From an uncultured Gemmatimonadales bacterium (GTDB taxonomy: Bacteria; Gemmatimonadota; Gemmatimonadetes; Longimicrobiales; RSA9): a stretch of 64,000 nt of DNA. Of this stretch, positions 38,532-48,229 are shown piece after piece. The DNA lies in the NCBI GenBank assembly GCA_963798085.1, contig CAWCRS010000003.1:224001-288000 (forward strand), in the 5' to 3' direction. Each line of letters opens with the position of its first letter. The stretch's first letter is position 1. The notes beneath the pieces are model-generated. The model did not search any database. It was not told the DNA's origin and saw nothing but the letters and a program-made list of their open reading frames with translations. The position numbers and the translations under genes were made by a program.

Positions 38532-38899
38532 GAAGCGCCCCCGCCGGGCAGCAGCCGCCGCTCACGCGCCAGCCACACCATCTGCGCCAGCCGTCTGGCC
38601 TCCTGCTTCACCACGCGCCGGCCTTCCGCTGTCAGCCCGTAGTAGCGTCGCTCGCGCCCGCGCGTGAATGGCGGCGCGCTCGCTGGCTCCGCCACTTCCC
38701 GCACCCAGCCTTCCGCCATCAGCCGCGCCAGCACGCGATACAGCGAGCCGATCTCCGGCGCAATCGCCCCGCCCGATTGCTCCGCCACGGCCTTCATGAT
38801 CGCGTAGCCCCAGCTCGCACCCTCCGCGAGCACCAGCAACACGTGAAAGTCCAGCGCGCTGAGTGGCGCCTGTTCCGTTTCCGCCGTTCGCCTGCTCAC
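38528..38899 (-). CDS. PadR-family transcriptional regulator
   Basis: HVLLVLAEG.SWGYAI, GSLYRVLARL, RRYYGLTAEG; AGGAGG RBS. Confidence 0.92.
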   Translation of the reverse strand: MSRRTAETEQAPLSALDFHVLLVLAEGASWGYAIMKAVAEQSGGAIAPEIGSLYRVLARLMAEGWVREVAEPASAPPFTRGRERRYYGLTAEGRRVVKQEARRLAQMVWLARERRLLPGGGAS

Positions 38900-39128
38900 G
38901 CTGTTCCGCCTCCTGATGCGCGGCCCGATTACAGCCCTGCCGTATTATATGCCTGCCGCCTGTATTCGACACGCAGCGCGGCCCGATGGTTGGCAGGCGC
39001 CGGAATACGGTTGGTGGCAATCGCCGCGAAGCGACAGGCGGCCGCGCCTTGCGCAGCCATGCGGCTGCGGGGGCAGCGCGGTCGTCCGTGTCGCTCAGCC
39101 CTCCCCGAGGTTCTCTACGCGCCAGGTC

Positions 39129-40819
39129 TCAGCGCAGCCAGAAGAACGGACTCCTGTTCTCGAAATTGCCGGGTCGCTCGAGCCCGGGATCGTACAACGG
39201 GTGGGGATGGCCGTGGCGGAACAGTTCCCGATCAATGCGCTTGAAGGGCTCGAAGAAGCGCGGCTCCTCCAGGTCCCAGAATGCGACAGCGCGGCTCGCT
39301 CGACCCCGAGGCCTCGAGGATGCCGTTCACCGCACGCCGTGCGGCTTCGTTGGCCGCTTCCATGGTCGCGACGTCGGTATTCGTCTGCACATAGTCGGAG
39401 GCGAGGAAGAAGTTGTGGATCCCGGTCAGCGCAGGCGGCCGCACCTTCCACGTATTCACGGTGTTGATGAGCAGCGGCTCCTCGTTGACCCACTGGCCAT
39501 TGCAGTGGTGCACGCTGTCGGCAAGGTACGAGAACAGGACGTTGTGATCCTCGAGAATGGACTTCACCGGTGTCGTTGAGATGGCGTTTGAGCTCCTCCC
39601 AGACCTCGGCGATGATCTCCTCGCGCGTGCAGTCGCGCGCCATCCTGCCGCAGTGATCGCCCGGCGCATTCCAGTCGGAGATGTCGACGGACAGGATGCC
39701 ATCGACAGTGCCATCGCCGAAGCGCGAGAGATCGACGCCGGGCCAGAACTGCTTCTGCGAAATGGCCGTGAGCGCCCAGGGACAGTCGTTGATGATGACG
39801 TGGCCGCGGCTGAGCTTCACGTCCACATTGAGGAAGAACTGCAGTCCGATCATCCACTCGGTCTGCAGCCTGTCGAGATGCGCCATGCGGGGCTCGGATT
39901 CGATCATCTCCGGTGACACCAGGCGTCGCATGCGCTCGACCGGAAGCGCGGCAATGAAGTAATCGTCAGCGAACTGGTAACGTTTGCCGTTGGCTTCCCG
40001 GATCGTGACCTCGACCACGCGGTCGTTCAGGCAGCGGATGCGCTCCACCTGCGAGTTCATGCGATAGTCGACGCCCAGATGTCGCAGGTGCGCCAGCCAT
40101 GGATCGAGCCAGACGTCGTGCGTGGGTCCGTTGAGCAGCCGATCGACGTGCACGCCCGGCTTCATGTGATCGAGCCACAGCTGCATCCCAATGTTGCCGA
40201 CGGTGCGCGTGCTGGCCTTGCGTGCGTCCATGGCCACGAGGAAGCGCACGCTTACCTCGCCCACCAGGTGCTGGTATTCAGGCGAATGCCGGTCCACATC
40301 CATGAATTGCCACCAGCCGATACGATCGTACTCCTCCGTGCGGCGTTCCTGACAGGTTGTCAGCAGAGTCCAGAAGCGCTGCGCGATGAACAGGTACTGC
40401 TGCGGCGTCAGATTGAAGTCGGAGCGACGCAGGCGCATGATGTCCTGGATGTCTTCCACCGTGCGCGGGAAGTGCGTCAGCATCTGGAAGTCGATGGCGC
40501 CCTCGCGGGCGAACATGGTGCGCGAGGTGGGCACCAGATTGTCATGCACGCTGCCCTTGCCGAACGGGATGTTCTTCATGGTGTCGGGCAGGTGCTTGTA
40601 GAACGCGGGGAAGAAACGGAACCCGTGTTCGCCGGGCAGGTCGCGTCTCCCGTTGGTCCCGGTACCGGGCACGAAGATGCTGCGCGCCTTGCCGCCCTGT
40701 GTGCTCTTCGCCTCGAACACGGTCACGTGGTAACCGCGCTGCGCCAGTTCGTGCGCGGCGCTCATGCCGGCCACGCCGCCACCCAGAATGGCGACGCCCC
40801 TTCTTGGTCGTGCACCCAA
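39129..40819 (-). CDS. FAD-dependent oxidoreductase (amine oxidase / carotenoid desaturase-like); frameshifts near 39560 and 39280
   Basis: GGGVAGMSAA, GGKARS, EHGFRFFP; C-terminal NFFLASDYV..TMEAANEAARRAVN in a second frame and WDLEEPRFFEPFKRID..* in a third; TTG start after GGAGG. Confidence 0.8.
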
Positions 40820-40931
40820 AGTCAGCCTCCTGCGCCTCGGCAGCGCTGATAACACGGCGTCATCATCTGGCGATGTGCGGAAGAACGGACTGGACGCAGC
40901 GTCGTCGCGTGGCGTCAGGAATTCGGGGGGT

Positions 40932-42095
40932 TCAGGACGCTCGGCCTGCCGTCTGGGCGTTATTCTGGCGTTCCGTGCCGTTTTGTAAAGGGAGCGGCCG
41001 CCGGCCGGTGAAGGGCAGGAGGAACCACCGGCGCCGGATGGCGGCCACGGTCATGCCACGTGCATATCCGGTCATCAGGACCGCGGCTGCCGGGCGAGAG
41101 CACAGGATGCGGCAGCCGAGATCGAGATGATCATAGAACCACGCAGCATCGCGACTGCCCGTGCGCACGTCGTGCAGCACGGGGCGGAGATGGCGAGGGT
41201 AGATCGTGGTGAGCGCAGTCCGCGTCTGTGCCGCTTCGAGGATGGCGGCTGCCGCCGCCTGACCGCTGGCCACCGCGTTGTGGATGCCCTCGCCGAGCAG
41301 CGGCTCGACCAGACCCGCGGCATCGCCGGCCAGCGCCACTCGCGCACTGGCCACGCGACCTCGCCAGCCGGAGACGCCGATATGGTGACCCACCACGTCG
41401 CCCAACACGACGTCACCGAGCTTCGAGCGCACGTACAATGCGAGCGCGTCCCGGCCTGGTCGCGCGTCTACGGCAGAGGTGTAGAGACCCACATTGACGT
41501 GGTCGCCCTTGGGAAACAGCCAGCCGTAGCCGCGTGGCGCCACGCCGAAATCGAATTCCATGGGCGGCGGGTCCGCCGTGGGCACGCACGCCTCGATGGC
41601 AAAGGCGTGGGCGAGCGGCGTGAATCCGGGCACCATACGCCGCACCACGCTGTTGGCGCCGTCGGCACCGACGAGCCAGGGCGCTCGCCATGTGACGTCG
41701 TCGCTTTCCAGCACCACCTCATCCGCTTCCTCACGGATCGAGCGGATGTGGCGCACAACCCGGAACTCGGCACCGCGCTCGATGGTCTGACCCAGACAGA
41801 ACGCGTCCAGCTCGGCACGCACCGTCATGGCGCACACCGCGTGCTTCGCCTGCAGGGTCGCCGGAGCGGCGGACTGATTTCTGACGACGATGCTCGTACA
41901 GACCTCGCGCACCACCGGCGTCACCGGATAGCGCAGGCGTCGCAGCGTCTTGATCGTGATGCCGCCGGCGCATGGTTTCACTCGCGGGAAGCGCCGCCGG
42001 TCCAGCAGCAGCACGCTCTTCCCCGCCGCTGCCAGGTCCCAGGCCGCGGCACAGCCCGCCGGGCCCGCGCCCACCACGATCGCGTCGTAACGCAT
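40932..42095 (-). CDS. Geranylgeranyl reductase-family FAD oxidoreductase
   Basis: YDAIVVGAGPAG, PRVKPCAGG, GYGWLFPKG, GDAAGLVEPLLGEGI. Confidence 0.9.
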   Translation of the reverse strand: MRYDAIVVGAGPAGCAAAWDLAAAGKSVLLLDRRRFPRVKPCAGGITIKTLRRLRYPVTPVVREVCTSIVVRNQSAAPATLQAKHAVCAMTVRAELDAFCLGQTIERGAEFRVVRHIRSIREEADEVVLESDDVTWRAPWLVGADGANSVVRRMVPGFTPLAHAFAIEACVPTADPPPMEFDFGVAPRGYGWLFPKGDHVNVGLYTSAVDARPGRDALALYVRSKLGDVVLGDVVGHHIGVSGWRGRVASARVALAGDAAGLVEPLLGEGIHNAVASGQAAAAAILEAAQTRTALTTIYPRHLRPVLHDVRTGSRDAAWFYDHLDLGCRILCSRPAAAVLMTGYARGMTVAAIRRRWFLLPFTGRRPLPLQNGTERQNNAQTAGRAS

Positions 42096-42317
42096 GCCGG
42101 CAGACTGCGGCTTGCCCGGGGCGTGCACAAGGTCGGACGAAGTGCCCGATCGATCCTGCGCCGCGGCGTCCTGAGATGCGCGATCGCAGAGCGCCATGGC
42201 TCCTGCGCTTTGGCCCCCCGGGCAGGAAAGGAGACTGCTGCGCTGCGAACGCCCCTTCCATATTATTGTGTGTAACTGTTGCGTGACGGCCTACTCCCCG
42301 TAGTCGTCAGGCGTGGT

Positions 42318-44534
42318 ATGGCAAGGAACCTCCGGAGCGATGTCGCTTGGGCGGTCAGTCCTTCTGATCGCCTGGTTTCGTTGTACGCTCACCTTTCCAG
42401 TCCAGCCGCGCGCCGCATCACGCCTGTCCTGATTGTCGGGTTCATTACAGTGGTGGCCTGGGCCCTGACGCTCGCGCTGCTCGGATCGGTTCGCTCCATC
42501 AGCGGCCTTTTTGCGTTGTCCCTGCCGGCGCATGCCTGGTGGGTTCCCCAACACGCTGTTTTGCTCTATCTGGCTCTCCCCATCTGGACAGTCGCGGCCT
42601 GCGCAGTCGTGCTGGCCCCGGGACTGCTCGCAACGCTCGCATTGGGCGGGGCGGATTCACTCGGCGAATTCCTGGTGCGCGCGTTTCTGCTCACGTTTGC
42701 ACTGCGACTGCCGGTGCATATGTCGCTCATCGCAGCGGGCGGCTCCTGGACGCCAGTCCGTTTCCTCTTGTGCGATGCGGGGCTTGATCTCGTTGTCTGG
42801 AGTCTGCTGTTCGTGCGGCTTCACGCGGGACGCGGTTTCCGCCTGCCGCCGCCGGGAAGCGAGCTGATGCGGCGCATTGGCTGGCTGCTGCTGATCCCGG
42901 CGCTCGCTGTGCTGCTCCTGTTTCCGGTCATCTTCTGGCAGGACATGACGGGCGACGGTGCCGAGGTGCTCGAGCTGGGGCGCAGTCTTTCGGCAAACGC
43001 GGTACCGCAGTTTCTCAGTCACATGCCGTTCGGCGGCCTGGCCATGGGCATGTTGAGCGCTGCCTGGCCCGTGCAATGGTTCGAAGTCTTGCTGGGCCCG
43101 GTCGATGCCGCCGCGCGCCTGCCCGCTGTGCTCTACCTGCCGGTGCTGTTTGCCGCATTGCTCGAGCTGGCCGAGTTCGGCCTGGCGCGCCGGCTGGGCG
43201 CTAACGGCGAGTTTGCCCTGCTCGCGGGTCTGGCGGGGGCAGTCACCGCTCTCGCGTTTCAGGCCTCCTACGACTCCTATACTGCCGATCTGGCGATGCC
43301 CGGCAGCACAGACCTGCTCCTTGTGCTGTGCCTGGCGGCCACCACCCTGTTTCTCTGGCGAAAGTCCTGGTTGTGGCTGGCAGGCTACGCGCTGCTGGGC
43401 TACTTCGATCGTCCCACGGAACTGCTTTTCGTGCTGCTGCTTTTCGGCGCAAACCTGCTCGTGCCCTCGGCCGACCGTCGGTCCTTTGCGCTGCTGCTGA
43501 TCGTGGCGCTCCTGGCGTGCACCGTAGGTCGGTTTCTGTACGAGAATGTCTATGTCGGCTGGGTTACCGGCGGGCTGGCCCCGGTGAACAGCAGCGCCAA
43601 CGCACTGCGGCGGTTGCGCTACCTCAGACTGACGGACGTGCAGCGCGTGCTTTTTCTGCTGGTGCCTTCGGGCTTTCTGCCGGCCCTTTCGCTCTTCGGT
43701 TGGAAGCTCCAGGACAGTCGCGCGCGTCTGCTCGCCCTCGCCTGCCTGCTCTGCTTCGCAGTGTTCTACTGCGAGGCGTTCACCAACCTGCACCACTACG
43801 CGCCGGCCATGATTCTGCCGCTTGCTGTATTCTGGCGGGTGATGTTGTTGTTGCAACCGGAGGGCGGGGAGCGGCAGGGGCAGCCCGCTTTCTGGCGCAG
43901 CCGCTGGCTGCCGCGCCTGGCGACGGCGGGCGCAGTCATCGCCGTGGCGCTGGGACTGCCTCGCCATTTCCAGATCCTGCGCGCGGCGCGCGACATTGGC
44001 TCGCGCACGCTTTACGCGGTAGGCGATTACAACGGGTCGTACGGCCCATTCAGGCAGGCCATCGATGGGCGCAGGGCCCTGTTGCTTCTCTTCCCGGCAA
44101 GCGATTCGATTCCGCCCGATCAGAGGCTCGTGCTCGTTGCCATTCAGATCCTGCACTACTCGGCCCGATTCCGCCCGTCTTTGCAGCATGCGGACTACGT
44201 GGTGCAGCCAGCCGGGCTGGATCCGCCGGCAGGCTTCGCGCAACTCGGCGTACGCGACAATGTGGCGGCCTTTGTCAGGGATTCGATTGTCTGGCAGCGG
44301 GACCAGCGCCGCGCGCCGCGTACCGACTACCGCAGTTCCGTGTATGCGATTCCGCCCGAACGCATGTTCGGCTTTCTGGGCCTGCGTCGGAAGGACTACA
44401 TAGACCTGGCGCGGATTCCCGGTTTGTGGCGCGTGTTTGCCGCGGGTCCGGCCGCAACAGAGGGAGATTTCGCTTCAGTCCGGCCACTCCCCTGCGGTAA
44501 CGCGGGCGCATCGGTCCCGGCCGGTGGGCCATGA
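42318..44534 (+). CDS. Polytopic membrane protein, possibly GT-C glycosyltransferase-like
   Basis: More than 10 hydrophobic segments, acidic loop WQDMTGDGAE after a TM, C-terminal soluble domain; ATGA overlap with UbiA gene. Confidence 0.65.
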   Translation: MARNLRSDVAWAVSPSDRLVSLYAHLSSPAARRITPVLIVGFITVVAWALTLALLGSVRSISGLFALSLPAHAWWVPQHAVLLYLALPIWTVAACAVVLAPGLLATLALGGADSLGEFLVRAFLLTFALRLPVHMSLIAAGGSWTPVRFLLCDAGLDLVVWSLLFVRLHAGRGFRLPPPGSELMRRIGWLLLIPALAVLLLFPVIFWQDMTGDGAEVLELGRSLSANAVPQFLSHMPFGGLAMGMLSAAWPVQWFEVLLGPVDAAARLPAVLYLPVLFAALLELAEFGLARRLGANGEFALLAGLAGAVTALAFQASYDSYTADLAMPGSTDLLLVLCLAATTLFLWRKSWLWLAGYALLGYFDRPTELLFVLLLFGANLLVPSADRRSFALLLIVALLACTVGRFLYENVYVGWVTGGLAPVNSSANALRRLRYLRLTDVQRVLFLLVPSGFLPALSLFGWKLQDSRARLLALACLLCFAVFYCEAFTNLHHYAPAMILPLAVFWRVMLLLQPEGGERQGQPAFWRSRWLPRLATAGAVIAVALGLPRHFQILRAARDIGSRTLYAVGDYNGSYGPFRQAIDGRRALLLLFPASDSIPPDQRLVLVAIQILHYSARFRPSLQHADYVVQPAGLDPPAGFAQLGVRDNVAAFVRDSIVWQRDQRRAPRTDYRSSVYAIPPERMFGFLGLRRKDYIDLARIPGLWRVFAAGPAATEGDFASVRPLPCGNAGASVPAGGP

Positions 44535-45520
44535 GCCGGAAGCTGACGCGGAGCCGGCGCACACTGAACCGCTGGCAGAGCCCCGGCTTTCCGACACCCG
44601 ACGCTTCGCCTCAGGCCGGCCGTCCAGCAGCACAGCGCGCCGCGAGGGCGGGCGCCTGGATTCGGTTGCTGCGCCCCGCGCACTGGCTGAAGAACGGCTT
44701 CGTTCTTGTCCCCCTGGTTTTCTCGAGGCTGCTGACCTCAGAGCCGCAGCTGCTGACCGCGCTCGCGACATTCTGCCTGTTCAGCGTCACCGCGAGCGGC
44801 GTATACGCGTGGAACGACGTGCTCGACCTGCAGTCCGACCGTGCGCATCCGCGCAAGCGGCTGCGCCCGGTAGCCGCCGGCCTGATTGCTCCCAAACACG
44901 CCGTTATGGTTGCCGCCCTGTTGACCGGCACCGGCCTTCTGGGTGCCTTCATGCTCAATGCGGACCTCGCTGGCGTACTGCTGGCGTATGTCCTGCTGAA
45001 TCTTCTTTATAACTACTATTTCAAGCGGAAGGTGCTGCTCGACATCTTCTGCATTGCCAGTTTTTTCGTCCTCCGCCTCCTCGCTGGCGCTGCTGCCCTC
45101 GACGTTCAGCCGTCCATCTGGCTCTTGCTGTGCGGCGGACTGCTGGCCTTGTACATGGCTACGTCGAAACGGCGCCAGGAGCTGATCCTCCTGGCGGAGC
45201 AGTCCGCTGCCCACAGGTCCGTGCTGAGCCTGTATGATCCCGGACTGCTCGATCTGATGTCAATGGTGCTGCTCTCGGTGGTGATCGTGGCCTACGTCAT
45301 GTACACGCTGGACTCCGAAACTGCCATGGAAGTCGGTCGCAATCGCCTGGCCTACAGTTCCGTATTCGTGCTCTACGGCGTTTTCCGCTACCTCTACGCC
45401 ACGCGCAAGAGCGAGCACGGAGGCGACCCTACCGAGACCGTCATCAGCGACGGACCGCTCATGCTCGCGGTGATCCTCTGGTTCCTCTATTGCACCTGGG
45501 CTGTGTACGGACCTCGCTGA
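44531..45520 (+). CDS. UbiA-family (deca)prenyl-phosphate phosphoribosyltransferase
   Basis: LRPAHWLKN, YAWNDVLD...DRAHPRKRLRPVAAG, KRRQEL, YGVFRYLY, GDPTE. Confidence 0.88.
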   Translation: MSRKLTRSRRTLNRWQSPGFPTPDASPQAGRPAAQRAARAGAWIRLLRPAHWLKNGFVLVPLVFSRLLTSEPQLLTALATFCLFSVTASGVYAWNDVLDLQSDRAHPRKRLRPVAAGLIAPKHAVMVAALLTGTGLLGAFMLNADLAGVLLAYVLLNLLYNYYFKRKVLLDIFCIASFFVLRLLAGAAALDVQPSIWLLLCGGLLALYMATSKRRQELILLAEQSAAHRSVLSLYDPGLLDLMSMVLLSVVIVAYVMYTLDSETAMEVGRNRLAYSSVFVLYGVFRYLYATRKSEHGGDPTETVISDGPLMLAVILWFLYCTWAVYGPR

Positions 45521-45537
45521 CCGGCCACCCTTTCGGC

Positions 45538-45972
45538 TCACTTCACCGGCGTTCCTTTCGCCGTGCGCCAGACGGGCGCATCGGCATCACGCTTGAGGCG
45601 CATCACGCCGTTCAGCTCTCCGGCGGCCGGCGTCAGCTCGAATTCGATGGTCAGCGTGACGGTCGACTCCTCGCCGTTCACGTTCACGTGACCCTCCCGC
45701 TTGCCGCTCATCATGAGCTTGCCACCGCTCATCATTCCCTGCAGTACCAGTGGCGGTGAGCCATTGCCCAATGAAAAGCTCGCCGTGGCGGAGTCGCCCT
45801 TCATGGTGATGTCCAGCACGCCGTGGTCAGGACTCTGGATCTGGATGTTGCCACCAGCGTCGCTCTGCCATTCGCCCAGCTGCATGTTCCACTTGCCCGC
45901 TGCCTTCGATTGGGCGCCTGCGGGCGAGGCCAGGGCAAGGGCGAGCATCGCCAGCATTACCGGGTTGCGCAT
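45538..45972 (-). CDS. Small secreted beta-rich hypothetical protein
   Basis: Signal peptide MRNPVMLAMLALALASPAGA|Q; GAGGA RBS; AGKW start of a strand-rich domain. Confidence 0.75.
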   Translation of the reverse strand: MRNPVMLAMLALALASPAGAQSKAAGKWNMQLGEWQSDAGGNIQIQSPDHGVLDITMKGDSATASFSLGNGSPPLVLQGMMSGGKLMMSGKREGHVNVNGEESTVTLTIEFELTPAAGELNGVMRLKRDADAPVWRTAKGTPVK

Positions 45973-46050
45973 TCGATCCTCAATGTTGGTGTTTTCAAAT
46001 GTGTCGGCCAATGCGCCGATCGGCCGCAGCGCGCAGCGGCAGCGATTGGC

Positions 46051-46060
46051 TACAGTTGTA
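46051..46060. promoter_or_regulatory. BlaI/MecI/CopY-type operator TACA-GT-TGTA
   Basis: Exact TACAnnTGTA consensus between the M56 gene end and the secreted-protein gene. Confidence 0.65.
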
Positions 46061-46095
46061 AGATCCGGCCGCGTACGGCAGGGTTGTCCGGCGCC

Positions 46096-47310
46096 TCAGA
46101 GCAGGTCCAGCCGGCGGCGCAGCCAGGTTTCGAGGTCGGCGCTGGCCGCAATGGGATGACCGTTCTCGCGATACTCGAAGCGCAGCGCGCCGTCCGGCCC
46201 GCGCGTGACCGCAGCGCTGCGCGTCCGGTTGCCGGCAGTCTCCTGCACCTCAATGAGGGGCCCCGGGCTCGCGGCTTCCGTGCGCGATCGGCTCACGACT
46301 GCACGTGTGACGGGGTTTGCCCGCCGGTGCGAGGCGTGCGGTGCTGCCGCGAGGGCGGCGCTCAGCAGGACGAGCGGAAGGGCCAGCCGGAAATCGCGCT
46401 GCAATGGTTGGGTCGTTCCAGGATCGAGAATGCGCTCAACACGATCCGCGAACCGGGAATGCGAGCCGAGTGCGCGTACGGAATCCGGCTGGGCGGGCGC
46501 GACGCGGCGCGCGCACGTGAGCAGCGCAGTCGCGAGCGCGCGTGGATCGCCCGTGTCATGGACCGCTCGCTGATCCGCGCGGAATTCCGCCAGCGCGCTG
46601 ATCTGCCGGTGCGCGCTGCGAAGCAGCGGCTGATAGAAGAAGAACGCCGCCATTGCGCCGGTGAATCGTGTCCACGACAGATCGCGCTGCTGCACGTGGG
46701 CCAGCTCGTGCGCCAGTACCGCGGCGAACGCCTCGCCCGTCCACCGGGCGTCCGCACATTCGGGAAGGCAGATCTCGCTGCGTCCGACCACGGCGGGAAC
46801 CAGCAATCCGGGCGCGGTCGTGATACGCAGCCCGCTCTGCCGATGCTGTGGATGCAACGCGGGCGCGCGCGGCCAGGCCGGAGGGTCGAGCGGCCTGCGC
46901 GGGCCGAGCGCCTCAAGCTCTCGGCGCCACACCAGCAGCACGCGCAGCAGATTCAGCAGGCCGGCGGCGAGCGCAATGCCGGCAGCCAGCGCGAGACTCC
47001 GGGAAGGTCCCGTTTGCAGGCGAGTCATATCCCCGCTCACGCGCGTGTGCGTCGGCGGCATGCGCACACCCAGCTGATCCAGCGCTGTCGCATCGCGGAC
47101 CTTTACAACCAGCTGCTCGACGCGCTGCTGCGGGCGAGGCAATGTCAGGACGCGCGTGAGCGGGAAGACCAGGCTCACGATGACCGCGCCTTTGAAGAGC
47201 GCGTCGCGTGCGCGCAGCCCGCGCAGTTGGCTGCACAGCAGCCACGCGCTTCCCGGCGCGAGCGTGCTGACGACCATGAAATCGCGCAGGAAACCGACGA
47301 GCAGGCTCAT
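46096..47310 (-). CDS. M56-family metallopeptidase (BlaR1/MecR1-like, no penicillin-binding domain)
   Basis: TM helices, AVLAHELAHVQQRD, FFYQPL, EFRADQRA. Confidence 0.88.
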   Translation of the reverse strand: MSLLVGFLRDFMVVSTLAPGSAWLLCSQLRGLRARDALFKGAVIVSLVFPLTRVLTLPRPQQRVEQLVVKVRDATALDQLGVRMPPTHTRVSGDMTRLQTGPSRSLALAAGIALAAGLLNLLRVLLVWRRELEALGPRRPLDPPAWPRAPALHPQHRQSGLRITTAPGLLVPAVVGRSEICLPECADARWTGEAFAAVLAHELAHVQQRDLSWTRFTGAMAAFFFYQPLLRSAHRQISALAEFRADQRAVHDTGDPRALATALLTCARRVAPAQPDSVRALGSHSRFADRVERILDPGTTQPLQRDFRLALPLVLLSAALAAAPHASHRRANPVTRAVVSRSRTEAASPGPLIEVQETAGNRTRSAAVTRGPDGALRFEYRENGHPIAASADLETWLRRRLDLL

Positions 47311-47705
47311 GCGCCCTGCTGCTTCGCGTCGAACTGCGCCAGCATCGCTTCCACCCGTTCGATATCTCCGGGCGACACGTCTTTTTCCTCGAGTGCGTAG
47401 CGGATCAGCGGTTCGGTATCGCCATTCAGCACGAAGTCGACCATCGAGCGCAGCTTGGCGCGAGCCACCTGCTCGCGGGTGATGAGCGCGCTGTAGACGA
47501 ACTCGCGCCCATCAGTGGTGTGCGCGACGAGTCGCTGCTCTTCCATGCGCGCGAGCAGCGTGGCAATGGTCTTGCGCGCCAGGCGAGCCCGGCGTAATGC
47601 GAGGTGCACATCCGCCACGGTCGCGCGTCCCGCCTGCCAGATCACGTCCATGATCTGGAGCTGTCGCTCCGTCAGCTGTTCGAGTCGCTTCCGTTTCGTT
47701 GCCAT
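47307..47705 (-). CDS. BlaI/MecI/CopY-family transcriptional repressor
   Basis: LTERQLQIMDVIW, TIATLLARM, GREFVYSALITRE. Confidence 0.92.
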   Translation of the reverse strand: MATKRKRLEQLTERQLQIMDVIWQAGRATVADVHLALRRARLARKTIATLLARMEEQRLVAHTTDGREFVYSALITREQVARAKLRSMVDFVLNGDTEPLIRYALEEKDVSPGDIERVEAMLAQFDAKQQGA

Positions 47706-48229
47706 TCAGCCTCGTCGCCTGCCGCATGGGACGCTCCCTCGCCCGGTTCGGGTTGCCCGCGGCGCCACCGTGCCGGCGGGAAGCGCCTGTCTGTCAGGCA
47801 AGTGTCGCGACCGACCGCGTCCTGGTCCGCTGGCCACCGGTCGCCAGCTGCACGCGACCGGCTGGCGGTCGACTTCCGCTGCTTCCCTGCGCAGCCGCAC
47901 CGCAGCGCACGGTGGGCGCCGTGCGCTGCGTGGGCGATAACAACAATGTTAGCACGGTTCGCCATCGTTCCCACGGCCGCTGTCCGGGAGCCGCACGACG
48001 ACTTCGCCGCAGGCGCGCCGGGTCGGGGCGGATCCGCAACAATGCGTTGGCCACGAGGCTGGTGCAGCTCGCAGCGCGGCTATTGACCCGTCTCCCGTCC
48101 GAAAGCCACCTTCGGTCCAGCGAGTCAGGGCCTGACTCCTGCCAGGGACGCCGCTTCGCCCGGAGCACAGAGCGAGCCTCCCCCCGTCCGCGCGGTGCAA
48201 CACAGTCCTTCCAGTGACGAGGAGCCGCA

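Noticed and set aside
47706..48229. Cobalamin riboswitch or RiPP precursor ORF upstream of the B12 radical SAM gene
   Set aside because: No B12-box or convincing short ORF with an RBS; only a GAGTCAGG-G-CCTGACTC palindrome at 48122-48138 of unknown meaning
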